A stretch of DNA of 64,000 nt from Tepidisphaerales bacterium (GTDB lineage Bacteria; Planctomycetota; Phycisphaerae; Tepidisphaerales; Tepidisphaeraceae), in assembly GCA_038210015.1 (NCBI GenBank), contig JBBQXB010000010.1, positions 4,082 to 68,081 on the forward strand, read 5' to 3'. Below, one piece after another: positions 36,451 to 46,766 of the stretch. The translations under genes and the position numbers were made by a program. The notes beneath the pieces are model-generated. The model saw only the letters and a list, made by a program, of their open reading frames with translations. It made no database searches and had not been told where the DNA came from. Each line of letters begins with the position of its first letter. Within the stretch, counting starts at the first letter, position 1.

Positions 36451-37374
36451 TCACCTAAGCAATTCCAGATGCTTTTTCTTACGTCTAACCAGCAGTTTTC
36501 CCGGGTAGTGGATTCGCAGCGGTGCGACCGGATCGCTTGCCTGTTCGATCAATCGTTGGCAGACAGCGGGCGACACATCATCCGCCGGTGCGCCACGTGC
36601 GATCAGCCACCGCCGGGCGGCATGCTCGGCGAGCAATGGCGGCAGTTGCTTCAATGTGTCGCATGCCATTCTTTCATCTAACGCGGGCGCGGCCTCATCC
36701 ATCGCCATGATGGTCGCTTGCGCGTTTATCGCCAATTCGCAAAGAGTTTCGTGCAAAAGAGGATTATTTCTCAGAATCGTCCGAGCGATATTCCGCCGAT
36801 AGCGGGACGACTGATTGCTCGAATCCTCTCGCCAGGCTTGGCCGAGGGTTTCAAGTCGCCTTCGGATGTCACTTGATCGCAGGTGCAGCATCGGGCGTTC
36901 GATCTGAATCCCGTTGACGCGCGCGATGGTTTTAATCCCGCCAAGTGAATGCAACCCACCGCCTCGCGATAGACGCAGCAGGACCGTTTCAGCTTGATCG
37001 TCGGCATGATGCGCCAGCAGCACCGTGTCAAGATTGTTTGAATGCATCACCTCCCGAAACAGATGCAGCCGCATCGCGCGGTATCGAGCACTGGGGTTGG
37101 TCGGTAGATCGGTCAGCGATTGTTCGAGTTGAGTTCGCGATGCGACGACGATCGGACGATTCAATTTTGTAGCCAGTGCGCGACAAAATACTTCATCGGC
37201 GTCGGATTCTTCGTCTCGGAGTTCATGATTAAGGTGAACAAAAACGAGACTATCGATTTGCGTGCTAGATGCCGCTACGAGCGCGAGGTAGGTGCTATCT
37301 GCGCCGCCGGAAAGTCCTAGCGTGTAGCGGCGGCTGCGGAATGTGAGATTGTTGGGCAACGCGTCGCGAGTCAT
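36451..37374 (-). CDS. tilS: tRNA(Ile)-lysidine synthetase (short form)
   Basis: PP-loop motif LGLSGGADSTYL. Confidence 0.85.
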   Translation of the reverse strand: MTRDALPNNLTFRSRRYTLGLSGGADSTYLALVAASSTQIDSLVFVHLNHELRDEESDADEVFCRALATKLNRPIVVASRTQLEQSLTDLPTNPSARYRAMRLHLFREVMHSNNLDTVLLAHHADDQAETVLLRLSRGGGLHSLGGIKTIARVNGIQIERPMLHLRSSDIRRRLETLGQAWREDSSNQSSRYRRNIARTILRNNPLLHETLCELAINAQATIMAMDEAAPALDERMACDTLKQLPPLLAEHAARRWLIARGAPADDVSPAVCQRLIEQASDPVAPLRIHYPGKLLVRRKKKHLELLR

Positions 37375-37393
37375 TGGGGTATGATCTTATGCG

Positions 37394-37987
37394 ATGAACG
37401 CATTTTGGGTGATTCTTTCGCTACTGGCACAAACGGCTTCGCCAACCGATACCACGATGGAATGGCTGCTCGACCAAGCCACCACGCAACCGACGACGAC
37501 TCCCGCCACTCAGCCCGCAGCACCCGCATCCCCGTTTAGCAGCAAACCTGTCGCGGGTGAAAAGCAGGGGACGATCACGTTGTCGGATGGTTCGACGCAC
37601 ACAGGAATGATTTTCACAACACCCGGCAAGCCGATCCGCGTGTGGGATGATGCGAAAAAGGAATACCGCGATTTATCGATGGAAGTGATCGCCAAAGCCG
37701 AGGCGAAGGTGCTGTGGGAGCGTGACGAACCCGAATGGCGCTTCAAAGAGTCCGGCCATGATGAGAAGATTTTTACCGGCAAAACCTATCCCGCTCGCGA
37801 AACCGAATACACCTTTACGCTTGTCAACGGCGATCAAGTCACCGGCCAGGCGGTCGCACCGGTTTATGTGCGAACCGAAGGCAAAGCGACGCAGTTTGTG
37901 ATCAATAAACGATCCAAAGGCGACGTGGACAAAAAGCTGAATGAGTTGATCTACATTAAGTCGATTGTGTTGGATGATGGGCCGTGA
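37394..37987 (+). CDS. secreted hypothetical protein
   Basis: N-terminal hydrophobic signal followed by a T/P/A-rich linker. I recognised no family. Confidence 0.5.
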   Translation: MNAFWVILSLLAQTASPTDTTMEWLLDQATTQPTTTPATQPAAPASPFSSKPVAGEKQGTITLSDGSTHTGMIFTTPGKPIRVWDDAKKEYRDLSMEVIAKAEAKVLWERDEPEWRFKESGHDEKIFTGKTYPARETEYTFTLVNGDQVTGQAVAPVYVRTEGKATQFVINKRSKGDVDKKLNELIYIKSIVLDDGP

Positions 37988-37999
37988 TGCGCGTCACGG

Positions 38000-39181
38000 T
38001 TACGCACGGTGTATTGCATTTTCGAGTCGCGTGACGTTTTGCGTCAACGAGAACTCATCCATTACCCGCGATCGTCCGGCTTGGCCGAGTTGATTCGCAA
38101 GTGCCGGATTGTTCAGCAGATTTTGCAGCGCAGCCGTTGTCTCCTCAACGCGCTGGCCGTCGACCAGCAGACCGGTTTGTTGACCGAGCACCAGTTCACG
38201 GATCGCAGGCAGGTCCCCGGTGACGACCGGCAGCCCGCAGGCCATCGCTTCCATCAACACGACGGGGATGCCGTCCTTATCGCCATTCTGATCGACGCGG
38301 CAAGGCAAGGCGAAGATGTCACTGGCTTGCAGCAATTCGCGAACGTGATCGTTGGAAACCGCGCCGAGAAATTTTACGCGATCAGTCGCACGCGTTTCGG
38401 AAACGATTTTCTCAAGTTGATGCCGCTGCGGGCCGTCGCCGGCGATGACGAGTTGTATGTCGGCGTTTTGCAACTGCGAGAAGGCACGGATCAAGGTATC
38501 GACGCCTTTCTTTTCAACCAATCGGCAGACAGTCAAAATCGTGCGAGGGTGACGCTTCGCGGTTTCAGTGAGGTGCGTGAAGGATTCAACATCCACGCCG
38601 CAGCGGATGACCGGATAGTCGGTATCGGAGCGGCGATGGATACTGTTGTAAAGCTTGCGGTGTTCTTCGGAGATACAACTGACAAACTTCGCCCGTTGAA
38701 GTTTACGTTTCAACAGCACGCGACGTTGGAACAGATCATTCGCATGACCCGTAAAGCTGAACGGAATCTGCATTTTCATCGCAGCGTACATGCCGATGGT
38801 GGTGGGGGCGTGCGCGAAATGGGTATGAATGTGCTGGATGCCGAGCGTTTGCAATCGCGACGCCAGCGCCGAAGCGGCGCGGGATTGGTGGATCAATTTC
38901 AGGCGATCGGCGATCGCGGTTGATTCGCCGGGCATGAATGCGTCTTTGATCGATTGCAACGCGAGACCACCGAGCTGCCCCGGGGTGTAGACGACGATTA
39001 AATCGCGGGATAGGTCTGCGGAATGTTCAGGCGGGTCGTTGGACGCACGCAACGTGACACAAGTAACATCCCACCCCCGGCGGCGCAGCTCGCGGACTTC
39101 GCGATAAACAAATGTCTCACTTCGCAACGGAAATTGCCCAGCGATGTACGCAATTTTATTATTTTCACCTGTTGAACTCAT
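38000..39181 (-). CDS. glycosyltransferase family 4 (GT-B)
   Basis: EX7E-type motif GIPVVLMEAMACGLPVVTGDLPAIRELV. Confidence 0.85.
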   Translation of the reverse strand: MSSTGENNKIAYIAGQFPLRSETFVYREVRELRRRGWDVTCVTLRASNDPPEHSADLSRDLIVVYTPGQLGGLALQSIKDAFMPGESTAIADRLKLIHQSRAASALASRLQTLGIQHIHTHFAHAPTTIGMYAAMKMQIPFSFTGHANDLFQRRVLLKRKLQRAKFVSCISEEHRKLYNSIHRRSDTDYPVIRCGVDVESFTHLTETAKRHPRTILTVCRLVEKKGVDTLIRAFSQLQNADIQLVIAGDGPQRHQLEKIVSETRATDRVKFLGAVSNDHVRELLQASDIFALPCRVDQNGDKDGIPVVLMEAMACGLPVVTGDLPAIRELVLGQQTGLLVDGQRVEETTAALQNLLNNPALANQLGQAGRSRVMDEFSLTQNVTRLENAIHRA

Positions 39182-40161
39182 CGCGAGTCACCTCCTGCAT
39201 TCGTCGGTGCTGCGGATTTGTATTCAATGATCGCTTCTTGTCGACCCGTCCGTTGGTTCGCGTGATATTTTCGTTGGCCGAGCATTTGCGGCAATTTACC
39301 CAGCGCGACTGATCCGCCGTAGAGCAACGCCTGATTGATCGGGAGCTTGCGATGTGAACGCATGTAGTTGCCGATCTTCACCGCCAACAAAACATGCAGC
39401 GGCCATGCAAGTGGGATAAACCACAGCCAACCCCAGACGCGATTGCTTTTGACTTCTTTTTCACGGAATCGTTCCGGCGGTGCACCGTGACGGGCATTGC
39501 CCTCTGCATAGGCGTGGCCGGCGCGGTAATTGCGTTTCCACCATTGGCCGAAGCGTGTCATCGCGGCATCGTGCAGTGTCATCTCGGCATTGAGGCGATG
39601 GATTTCCCATCCCTTTTCGCGCAATCGCACGCACATTTCCGGTTCTTCACCCGCAATGACCGCCGGATTGTAACCGCTGACATCTTTGAAGGCCTGCGTG
39701 CGAATCATCGCGTCGCCGCCGCACGATTTTGCGATACCGATGGGGGTATTCCATTCAATATCGCATAGGCGGTTGTAGATAGAGGCGTCTGGGAATCGTT
39801 CGCGGCGTCGGCCACAGACGACCGCGATTGTGGGATTTGCGCCTTGCGCGCTGATGGCGGTATCGATCCAACCCAATTGCAGTTCGCAATCGCCGTCAAG
39901 AAATTGAACGAACTCTATTTGAGGCGCGATCTGCATCAATTTCGCGAATCCCTCATTGCGTGCACGTGCTGCGGAGAAGGGTTTAGACATATCCAGTTCG
40001 ACGACTTGCGCGCCAAGATCCCGCGCTAGTGACACACTGTTGTCAGTGGAATTGGAATCGACATAGACCACCAACGCTCCCGGTATTGCGCAGGCTGCGG
40101 TGAGACAGGCACGCAGCCTCTCGCCTTCGTTTCGACCGATCGCGATGATTCCAATTCGCAT
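39178..40161 (-). CDS. glycosyltransferase family 2
   Basis: Carries IIAIGRNEGERL, VVYVDSNSTDNS and FLDGDCEL (DxD-like). A 4-nt overlap with the downstream gene is present. Confidence 0.8.
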   Translation of the reverse strand: MRIGIIAIGRNEGERLRACLTAACAIPGALVVYVDSNSTDNSVSLARDLGAQVVELDMSKPFSAARARNEGFAKLMQIAPQIEFVQFLDGDCELQLGWIDTAISAQGANPTIAVVCGRRRERFPDASIYNRLCDIEWNTPIGIAKSCGGDAMIRTQAFKDVSGYNPAVIAGEEPEMCVRLREKGWEIHRLNAEMTLHDAAMTRFGQWWKRNYRAGHAYAEGNARHGAPPERFREKEVKSNRVWGWLWFIPLAWPLHVLLAVKIGNYMRSHRKLPINQALLYGGSVALGKLPQMLGQRKYHANQRTGRQEAIIEYKSAAPTNAGGDSR

Positions 40162-40168
40162 ATATTAG

Positions 40169-40240
40169 CCGCAGATAAACGCAGATTAAAAAGAAGACAA
40201 TTGTATGGATTTTTTATCCGCGTTGATCCGCGTTGATCGG
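40169..40240. repeat. inverted decamer-repeat element (ATCCGCGTT / AACGCAGAT units)
   Basis: CCGCAGATAAACGCAGAT (40169-40186) faces ATCCGCGTTGATCCGCGTTGATCGG (40216-40240). The right arm encodes the acetyltransferase tail PINADQRG and carries its stop codon. Confidence 0.5.
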
Positions 40241-40885
40241 TGGCTTTTTTTCTTTGATGATGGGGGACGGCACAACGACAAGGCTATTGGGCGGCACGTC
40301 TTTGGCGAGGACGACATTCGCGCCGATCGTGCTGTCATGCCCGACGGTGATCGGACCAACGATGACCGCGCCGGCGCCGATGTCGCACCGATCGCCGATG
40401 ATCGGTTTCATCCAGCGGGGGTCGCCGCGACGTTTGACACCAAGGGTTGTATTTTGACGGATATGCACGTCGTTTCCAATTTCCAATGCGCCCAACGTCA
40501 TTCCACCTTGATGCCAGATTCGCACACGTCGGCCAACGCGCACGGTGTAGTTCAGGCTGATGCCGCACATCCATTCGACTATTTTGTAAAGAAATTTGTA
40601 GATCAATGAGAAGGGCAGGCGGAGCAATTTACTGCCAATACCCATCCGCCAATTGCCAAGACGATGCACCGCGATCGCCCAGAAACCTTGGCTGAAAAGA
40701 TGTCGTTCGTGGGTTTCGTAATCTTCGCGAAGCAATGCCCACAACGACATGCCAGGTGGATTTTGGTTGATCGTGCCGAGTGCGATATCGCTATCGGGGC
40801 GCGCGTCCATGCCCGCAACCTGCGTGGAAGGTGGCGGGGCGTGGATCGCGTCGGCGATGCGTTGTTCTTCGCTCATCGGCTGCAT
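40214..40885 (-). CDS. hexapeptide-repeat O-acetyltransferase (CysE/WcaB-like)
   Basis: The left-handed beta-helix repeats are IGDRCDIGAGAVIVGPITVGHDSTIGANVVL. Confidence 0.8.
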   Translation of the reverse strand: MQPMSEEQRIADAIHAPPPSTQVAGMDARPDSDIALGTINQNPPGMSLWALLREDYETHERHLFSQGFWAIAVHRLGNWRMGIGSKLLRLPFSLIYKFLYKIVEWMCGISLNYTVRVGRRVRIWHQGGMTLGALEIGNDVHIRQNTTLGVKRRGDPRWMKPIIGDRCDIGAGAVIVGPITVGHDSTIGANVVLAKDVPPNSLVVVPSPIIKEKKPPINADQRG

Positions 40886-41835
40886 GGTAAGTAATTATAC
40901 CTAAGAAAATCCCACCACAGCTTCGGCGGATCATCCCGACGCTTGCCGCGGAGCAGTTGCCACGTCCGACCCAGCGGATACCCACCAAGCCAGAGTAAGT
41001 TTGCGATTTGCGTCGCGATCACGCCATAGTTGTTTCGGAAATATCTCGCGCGGGACTCAAACCAATACTTCGGGCGGCGTTTTGTGCCGCGTTTTGCACC
41101 GGTCACGCCGCTGCTTTGTCCGACCAGGTGAATGATGCGGCTTTTGGGCACGTACCAGCATTCAAATCCCCCGCGCGCGGCCCGAAGGCAAAAATCGGTC
41201 TCTTCGAAATACATGAAATAGCCGTCATCGAGCAGGCCGATTTTTTCAAAGACCTCACGGCGGATCATCATGCTCGCGCCGCTGACCCAATCGACTCGCG
41301 CCGCTTCATCGGGGATTGCTGGAGCGACGACATAATTTTTCAGAAGTTTGGATGCCACGCCGAATTGCAGCGCGCCTTCCAGTTCGCTCAAAGGCGTATG
41401 AAATCGAAACGAACTTCGGCGAACAGTTCCGTCGACGTTTTCTGCGCGGCCACCAGCGATGCCGGCATTCGGATGCGATTCCATGAAGTTGATCAACTCT
41501 ACCAGTGCGCCGTCCAGCGCAATCGTGTCGGGATTCAACAGCCAGACATAAACAGGCTTTTCAGACTCATGCGCCATCGCGGGTTTGATCGCTTCGTTAT
41601 TCCCGTACGCAAAACCGCCATTGGAACCCAGCGGCATGAATTTGCACCACGATGCGTACCCCAACTCATCAATCGCTTTGGAAAGAATCGCGACCGAATC
41701 GTCTGGCGAAAGATTGTCGGTCACGACCACCTGCACGCCGGGAACGCGTACGATTTGCGGCGCAAGCGATTCCAAGCAGTCGAGCACCAACTGCGGCGTG
41801 CGATAATTGACAATGACTACCAATACTTTCATCAC
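40873..41835 (-). CDS. glycosyltransferase family 2 (rhamnosyltransferase-like)
   Basis: Carries VVIVNYRTPQLVLDCLESL, VVVTDNLSPDDS and the YFEETDFC motif. Confidence 0.85.
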   Translation of the reverse strand: MMKVLVVIVNYRTPQLVLDCLESLAPQIVRVPGVQVVVTDNLSPDDSVAILSKAIDELGYASWCKFMPLGSNGGFAYGNNEAIKPAMAHESEKPVYVWLLNPDTIALDGALVELINFMESHPNAGIAGGRAENVDGTVRRSSFRFHTPLSELEGALQFGVASKLLKNYVVAPAIPDEAARVDWVSGASMMIRREVFEKIGLLDDGYFMYFEETDFCLRAARGGFECWYVPKSRIIHLVGQSSGVTGAKRGTKRRPKYWFESRARYFRNNYGVIATQIANLLWLGGYPLGRTWQLLRGKRRDDPPKLWWDFLRYNYLPCSR

Positions 41836-43049
41836 TTCATCAATGCCCGAATTAATTCCGCACGCTTACGATGCATCGCATCCAGCGAGCGCGTTTTCGC
41901 CCATGCCAGCGCATTGGCAGACATTAGTTGTACGCGTGGGCGGTTGCGAGATAAATCGAGTAGCGCCTGCGACAGCAGATTGACCTCGCCACGCGGGACA
42001 ATCTGCCCCAGGTCGCTATCGACCACGTGATCGTGATAAACACCGCCTTGGTACATTACAATCGGCAATCCACGGGCGGCAGCCAAGTAGATTATTGGAT
42101 CGCGGGTCGGAACAAGATGGCTGCTGACGAGCAGATCGGCGTCGTCCAATAACGCGATTTGGCCTGCATCGTCAATTTTGCCAAGTAATCGGACGTTTGA
42201 TTCGAGTTTTTCGTCGCGAATCAGGTTCATCATTTCGGCTGAGTTGAGAAGATCGCCGACCAGATCGAGCTCGATTTTCGCAGATAGACGTCTTGCTTTG
42301 GCCAATGCGCGAATGAGATGGTCCAACCCCCGCGTGTAGTGATCCGACCCAAAGCAGATCAATCGCAGTTTATCGCGTGTGTGTGTCGGCGGTGATGTGA
42401 GAATATCACTTTCGGACAGGCGATGGCTGAACAGCGTATGGCAGTTGGCGTTCCAAGATGTCGCGAATCGTTGTTGCACGCTGGAATCGCCGGCGAAGAC
42501 CAGATCGGCATCCCGCATCGCGGTTTGGCAGAAGGTTTCGAGTTGACGAACCGCCATTTGCTTGGCGATGCGTTTGGCGAGGTTTCGACCTGCGGCGGCG
42601 TAACGCTGCCAGGCAGGGATCGGATCGGATCCAAACACCAGCACTCGTTTGGCATCGGTTTGTTCGATGACCGGCCAGACGGTTTGCCCCAATGACACCG
42701 GATGGCCGCCAGGGCCGACCTGGATCGCGTCAAAATCATCGGCGATGTCAGCGACCCTTTTTTTCAGCGTGCCGCGTATCCCTACAAATTGCGACGCAGT
42801 TTGAAACGCCGGTAATGCGATGAGATCGTACGGCTGATCTTTCAGATTAGCATCAATGTAGTGTTTTTTGTTTAACGTGCGAGATTCGAATGATTCATTA
42901 ACCGGTGCCGCGACGGTGAGATCAAACCCTTCCGCCTCCAATGCTTTGGATTGCGCGTACAGGCCTCTCACCCAATCGGCGGGCCAGCGAATCACGCCGG
43001 GAGATTGTCCGGCGTGGGCGGCGATGTGCGTGATCATCAAGTAACGCAT
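41832..43049 (-). CDS. GT-B fold glycosyltransferase-like protein
   Basis: The position and size fit. The C-terminal block is AAARGLPIVMYQGG. The N-terminus is divergent and the start is ambiguous (43076, 43049 or 43037). Confidence 0.5.
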   Translation of the reverse strand: MRYLMITHIAAHAGQSPGVIRWPADWVRGLYAQSKALEAEGFDLTVAAPVNESFESRTLNKKHYIDANLKDQPYDLIALPAFQTASQFVGIRGTLKKRVADIADDFDAIQVGPGGHPVSLGQTVWPVIEQTDAKRVLVFGSDPIPAWQRYAAAGRNLAKRIAKQMAVRQLETFCQTAMRDADLVFAGDSSVQQRFATSWNANCHTLFSHRLSESDILTSPPTHTRDKLRLICFGSDHYTRGLDHLIRALAKARRLSAKIELDLVGDLLNSAEMMNLIRDEKLESNVRLLGKIDDAGQIALLDDADLLVSSHLVPTRDPIIYLAAARGLPIVMYQGGVYHDHVVDSDLGQIVPRGEVNLLSQALLDLSRNRPRVQLMSANALAWAKTRSLDAMHRKRAELIRALMK

Positions 43050-44260
43050 GTCGCCACCTTCCGATCCATCAGCCATGCGATCGCGAGAATCTGCGGCAAA
43101 TCCACCAACACGCCGTTACGCGCCTCAGCCAGCGTGAAACAGGTTGCCGCGACCAATCCGATCGACAGCATCAGCGTGACCCATTCAATGCGACGCCGGC
43201 GAATCATCATCCCGATCGCGATCAACCAACCGACAAAACAGATCGACCGAGAGGTGATATTCGCCGGATGTAGACCATTGGGATGATCCCAATCCAGCCA
43301 GACTGTTTTGCCCACGCGAATCAGACATAAGTGTAAATAATCAATCGGATTGGTGCGAATCCAAGCAAATGACCAGGTGCGATAGTAGTCGTTGCGAACC
43401 GTTTCCGGCTGGCGCTTGAGTTGATCGCTTTGCATCGGCGACAAGCGGCCAATCTGCGTGCGGTTAAATTTCAGATGGGTTGATCCGGTGGCATCGGGTC
43501 CGTTGCCGGTTTGCAGGTCGTGCCATATCTCATTGGTGATGCCGGTGAATTGTTGATGCACAATCGCATTGCGGTATAGCCACGGCGTCGTCACTGCAAA
43601 CGTGGCGGCGAGCATCAATACCGCAAAATTGATGCGTCTGGAGGCGATGACTAGGATCAACCCGATCAACGGCAAGACCGCGACCGATTCGGTCAACACT
43701 GACAGTCCCGCGAATAATCCCGCCGGTAAAGCCGCGATCAGGTCTTTGGACAACGTCAGCCAGATCGTCATCAGAATAAATAGAACGGCTAACGACAAAC
43801 CCTGCGCGAATGATGCGGCGTATAGTTGTGTTGGTAAAATCGCGAGCAAAATCGCCACCGCATAAGCCGCGCGCGACGATTGGAACAGCCGTCGCCCAAT
43901 CGCAAAACCCGCAACCACACTGCCAACGCCCGCGAGTAGATTGATCGTTAGAAACGCAATGGTTGCGCCGGATGAATTAACGCCGAAGGTTGCATCCAGC
44001 ACTGTCAGCAGCATCGGATAAACGGGCGGGCGGATACTGGTCGGGCCGAAATATCCAAAATCTCCAAAGCTGAATCCGCGGCCTTGGAGAAGGTGGATCG
44101 CGATCGACCGATCCTCAGAAGATTGCGGCGACATCGCGTGGACGTGAACAAACATCGCCAGACGCAAAATGATCGCGAGGCCAACGACCAAACTTAATCC
44201 GACCCAATGGGATTTCGAAGCAAGTGCGGCATTGGATGTAGGCGACTCATCGCGCCTCAT
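43037..44260 (-). CDS. polytopic membrane glycosyltransferase (GT39/ArnT-like)
   Basis: About 10 TM helices. The N-terminal loop carries an RPPVYPMLL-type motif. Confidence 0.5.
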   Translation of the reverse strand: MRRDESPTSNAALASKSHWVGLSLVVGLAIILRLAMFVHVHAMSPQSSEDRSIAIHLLQGRGFSFGDFGYFGPTSIRPPVYPMLLTVLDATFGVNSSGATIAFLTINLLAGVGSVVAGFAIGRRLFQSSRAAYAVAILLAILPTQLYAASFAQGLSLAVLFILMTIWLTLSKDLIAALPAGLFAGLSVLTESVAVLPLIGLILVIASRRINFAVLMLAATFAVTTPWLYRNAIVHQQFTGITNEIWHDLQTGNGPDATGSTHLKFNRTQIGRLSPMQSDQLKRQPETVRNDYYRTWSFAWIRTNPIDYLHLCLIRVGKTVWLDWDHPNGLHPANITSRSICFVGWLIAIGMMIRRRRIEWVTLMLSIGLVAATCFTLAEARNGVLVDLPQILAIAWLMDRKVATCVT

Positions 44261-45645
44261 CGAACGCCTCCGCGCGTTGTGGGTTGTGCGTAACCGATTG
44301 GGTGTTGTTCAGGTGGATAATAAGGCATCACCTGCATCGCCGGACGGTATTGAAAAATCTGCCACATCGAGGATAAAAATCCGACAAGGACCAGAAAGAA
44401 CAATCCGTACACGAATCCGAAAAAGACCGTGTACATCGCCAGCATCACCGCGATTAGCGCCGCACATGCGGCTGCGATCGGAATGCGTTCGCTGGGCGTT
44501 TTTGCCAGCGCAAGTGTCTTTGCACCGTACCATGCAATCAGCAGCGACAGCATTAACCACATCGCGAGGTAAAACCACCCGTACTGCATCACAAAGAGGA
44601 TATAGGCGTTATCGATACTTCCCGTCCCGATGCCCTGCGTGGTGAGATATTGCCCTTCACCAAACAGGCCGGCATTCATCGCTTTTTCCCAGCCCTCCTG
44701 CACGATTTTGACTCTGATCCAGATTGACGCCTCCAGCGCATCGGTGGGGCGTTGCTCGGGGATTTCCTTGTTGAGCATGTTGTTCATCAGCAGCGCAACC
44801 ATGATGATCAGCGTGACAACTGCGGGGATGACCAACTTTGCGCCGAGTGAAGGTCTTGTAAATGCGACGATCAGCATGAACGCCGCAAGCGTCGCGACCA
44901 CACCCGTAAAACTAACTGCGCCGATCACCATTGCGCCAGCGCCGAAGATGCCTAGCATGGGTAGACCGTCATTCCATTTTCGCCCGACGATCGGGGTGAG
45001 CATAATGATCATCCCGCCGAGAATTACGCCCATATTACCGAGGTCGATCGGGTGTCCGAGCGATGTTTGGGCGCGCATCAGACCGAATCGATAAAAGACC
45101 TGCACGTTTGCGGTACGTGCGAGTTTTACCTGCTGCATCGCACGCGTGACCATGTAAGGTTTAAGTCGCGCTTCCACCGCAGCCAGACACCCCAGCGCGA
45201 TGGTGCAGTAGCAAAGCACGCTGACAAGCTGCTTGCGAGAGATATAGTCCATGAACGCGATTCGCCCCATGAAATAAGGCAACACCCATCTAAAAAACAG
45301 GCTGCCGGATTTACTGATCGCGTCCCAAAGTGAATCGTTGAGAAAGACGCTGATCGTTGGCGGGATCATCATCAGCAGAATGAAGATATCCAGCACGTTG
45401 AAGCGTAGATTTGCCACTTCCTTCCAGCGTGCGTTGAAGGCGAGCATAAAGCCGATGATCACCCCGTAACCGATCGCGGTTTCCGCAACGAGATTGGGCA
45501 GACCTGGGAGTCTCACCGGCGGGGTGAGTGAGAAAAACAGAATCGAGGGTACGAAGACATAAACGAATGTCCGCGCGATGCCCCATTGCACCATCACATA
45601 GATGGTCGCGATCAGGATTGAACTGAGCAGTAAGGTGCCGAGCAT
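44257..45645 (-). CDS. O-antigen ligase/polymerase-like (Wzy_C-type) membrane protein
   Basis: About 12 TM helices with one large loop. The call rests mainly on cluster context. Confidence 0.5.
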   Translation of the reverse strand: MLGTLLLSSILIATIYVMVQWGIARTFVYVFVPSILFFSLTPPVRLPGLPNLVAETAIGYGVIIGFMLAFNARWKEVANLRFNVLDIFILLMMIPPTISVFLNDSLWDAISKSGSLFFRWVLPYFMGRIAFMDYISRKQLVSVLCYCTIALGCLAAVEARLKPYMVTRAMQQVKLARTANVQVFYRFGLMRAQTSLGHPIDLGNMGVILGGMIIMLTPIVGRKWNDGLPMLGIFGAGAMVIGAVSFTGVVATLAAFMLIVAFTRPSLGAKLVIPAVVTLIIMVALLMNNMLNKEIPEQRPTDALEASIWIRVKIVQEGWEKAMNAGLFGEGQYLTTQGIGTGSIDNAYILFVMQYGWFYLAMWLMLSLLIAWYGAKTLALAKTPSERIPIAAACAALIAVMLAMYTVFFGFVYGLFFLVLVGFLSSMWQIFQYRPAMQVMPYYPPEQHPIGYAQPTTRGGVR

Positions 45646-45671
45646 TCGTGTGTCCTATTTTCTCATGCGAC

Positions 45672-46766
45672 CTAGCGTTTGGATTGGGTCACGACGCGGT
45701 TTAATTCTGATTCAAAACGATCGGCAGAGCGGTTCCAGTCAAACTGTTGTGCGGTGGTGTAGGCAAGCTCGCTCATTGCTTTCCATTCGTCATTCGACAT
45801 CCGCGCAATGCGCACGATCGCGGCGGCCATATCTTCAGGGTCTTGCATCTTCACCATGATTCCACCGCCATCGACAACCGTCTCGGGGGCGGCGCCAGTT
45901 GGCGTTCCGATCACCGGCGTGCGACACGCCATCGCCTCTTGGATCGGCATACCATATCCCTCGCAGCGGGATCCGAACAATAGCGCATCGGCGGAGGCGT
46001 AGATTTCAGGGATCCGCTTCTGCTTGGGTTGCTTTTCAAATTGCGTGTTTTCGGGCACTGGCATGTGCGACGCTGGATCGTAATGCCCGAACGCGATCAA
46101 TTTTAGTTGGGGGATTTCCTTTCGCGCCAGACGAACCGCCTGCAGCGTCAGATCGCAGCCTTTGAAGTGCGTGGTCGAATACATCATGCAAACGGTTGGG
46201 ATGGACTGTTTATCACGTGGCGGGGTGTTGAATGTGGTGTGATCGAGTCCGTAAGGGATGACGACCGTTCCGGGCTGGCCGTACTCATCGCGGAGGGTAT
46301 CGGCGATCCAACGAGCACAGGCGATCTTGGGCAGCGGCAAATGCAACGCAGCCCGCACGCGTTCCACGGGTTGGCCGTCAAAAACAGTCTCGTGATGCTG
46401 AACAAAGTGCAATTTCGCGCCTTTGGATGACGGCAAGGCGTGCACCCACTCAGCGGTTTCCCACCAAGTGGCGATCACGATATCGGCATCGGGCAGATCA
46501 TCCGCAACAACCGGACGACGTTTATCCAATACGCGATGCGTGATGCCTTTGGCGTTTTCGATATGTGATTTGGTCGCCATCTTCGCTTTAGGCCAGCCTC
46601 GGCCACCGAGCAGGGATTTGATTTTCCGCTTCAAAGGGATCGTCCGGCGCGGCTGGGAGAGAACCAAGACCTCGTGCCCGCGCGCTGCCAACAATTCGGC
46701 GTATACCGCGATCGCGCGGACGCCGCCGGTGTTGCTGACTTCGGGTAAAACGAAGCTGATTTTCAT
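45672..46766 (-). CDS. glycosyltransferase family 4
   Basis: N-terminal GGV motif (VSNTGGVRAIAV) and EX7E region CEGYGMPIQEAMACRTPVIGT. Confidence 0.85.
   Translation of the reverse strand: MKISFVLPEVSNTGGVRAIAVYAELLAARGHEVLVLSQPRRTIPLKRKIKSLLGGRGWPKAKMATKSHIENAKGITHRVLDKRRPVVADDLPDADIVIATWWETAEWVHALPSSKGAKLHFVQHHETVFDGQPVERVRAALHLPLPKIACARWIADTLRDEYGQPGTVVIPYGLDHTTFNTPPRDKQSIPTVCMMYSTTHFKGCDLTLQAVRLARKEIPQLKLIAFGHYDPASHMPVPENTQFEKQPKQKRIPEIYASADALLFGSRCEGYGMPIQEAMACRTPVIGTPTGAAPETVVDGGGIMVKMQDPEDMAAAIVRIARMSNDEWKAMSELAYTTAQQFDWNRSADRFESELNRVVTQSKR

Noticed and set aside
38009-38923. 304-aa plus-strand ORF opposite the GT4 gene
   Set aside because: It is a shadow ORF. The minus strand carries the canonical EX7E GT4 motif.
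41008-42030. 340-aa plus-strand ORF across the GT2/GT-B junction
   Set aside because: It is a shadow ORF opposite two well-supported glycosyltransferase genes. It has no recognisable domain and would break the tightly overlapping minus-strand operon.
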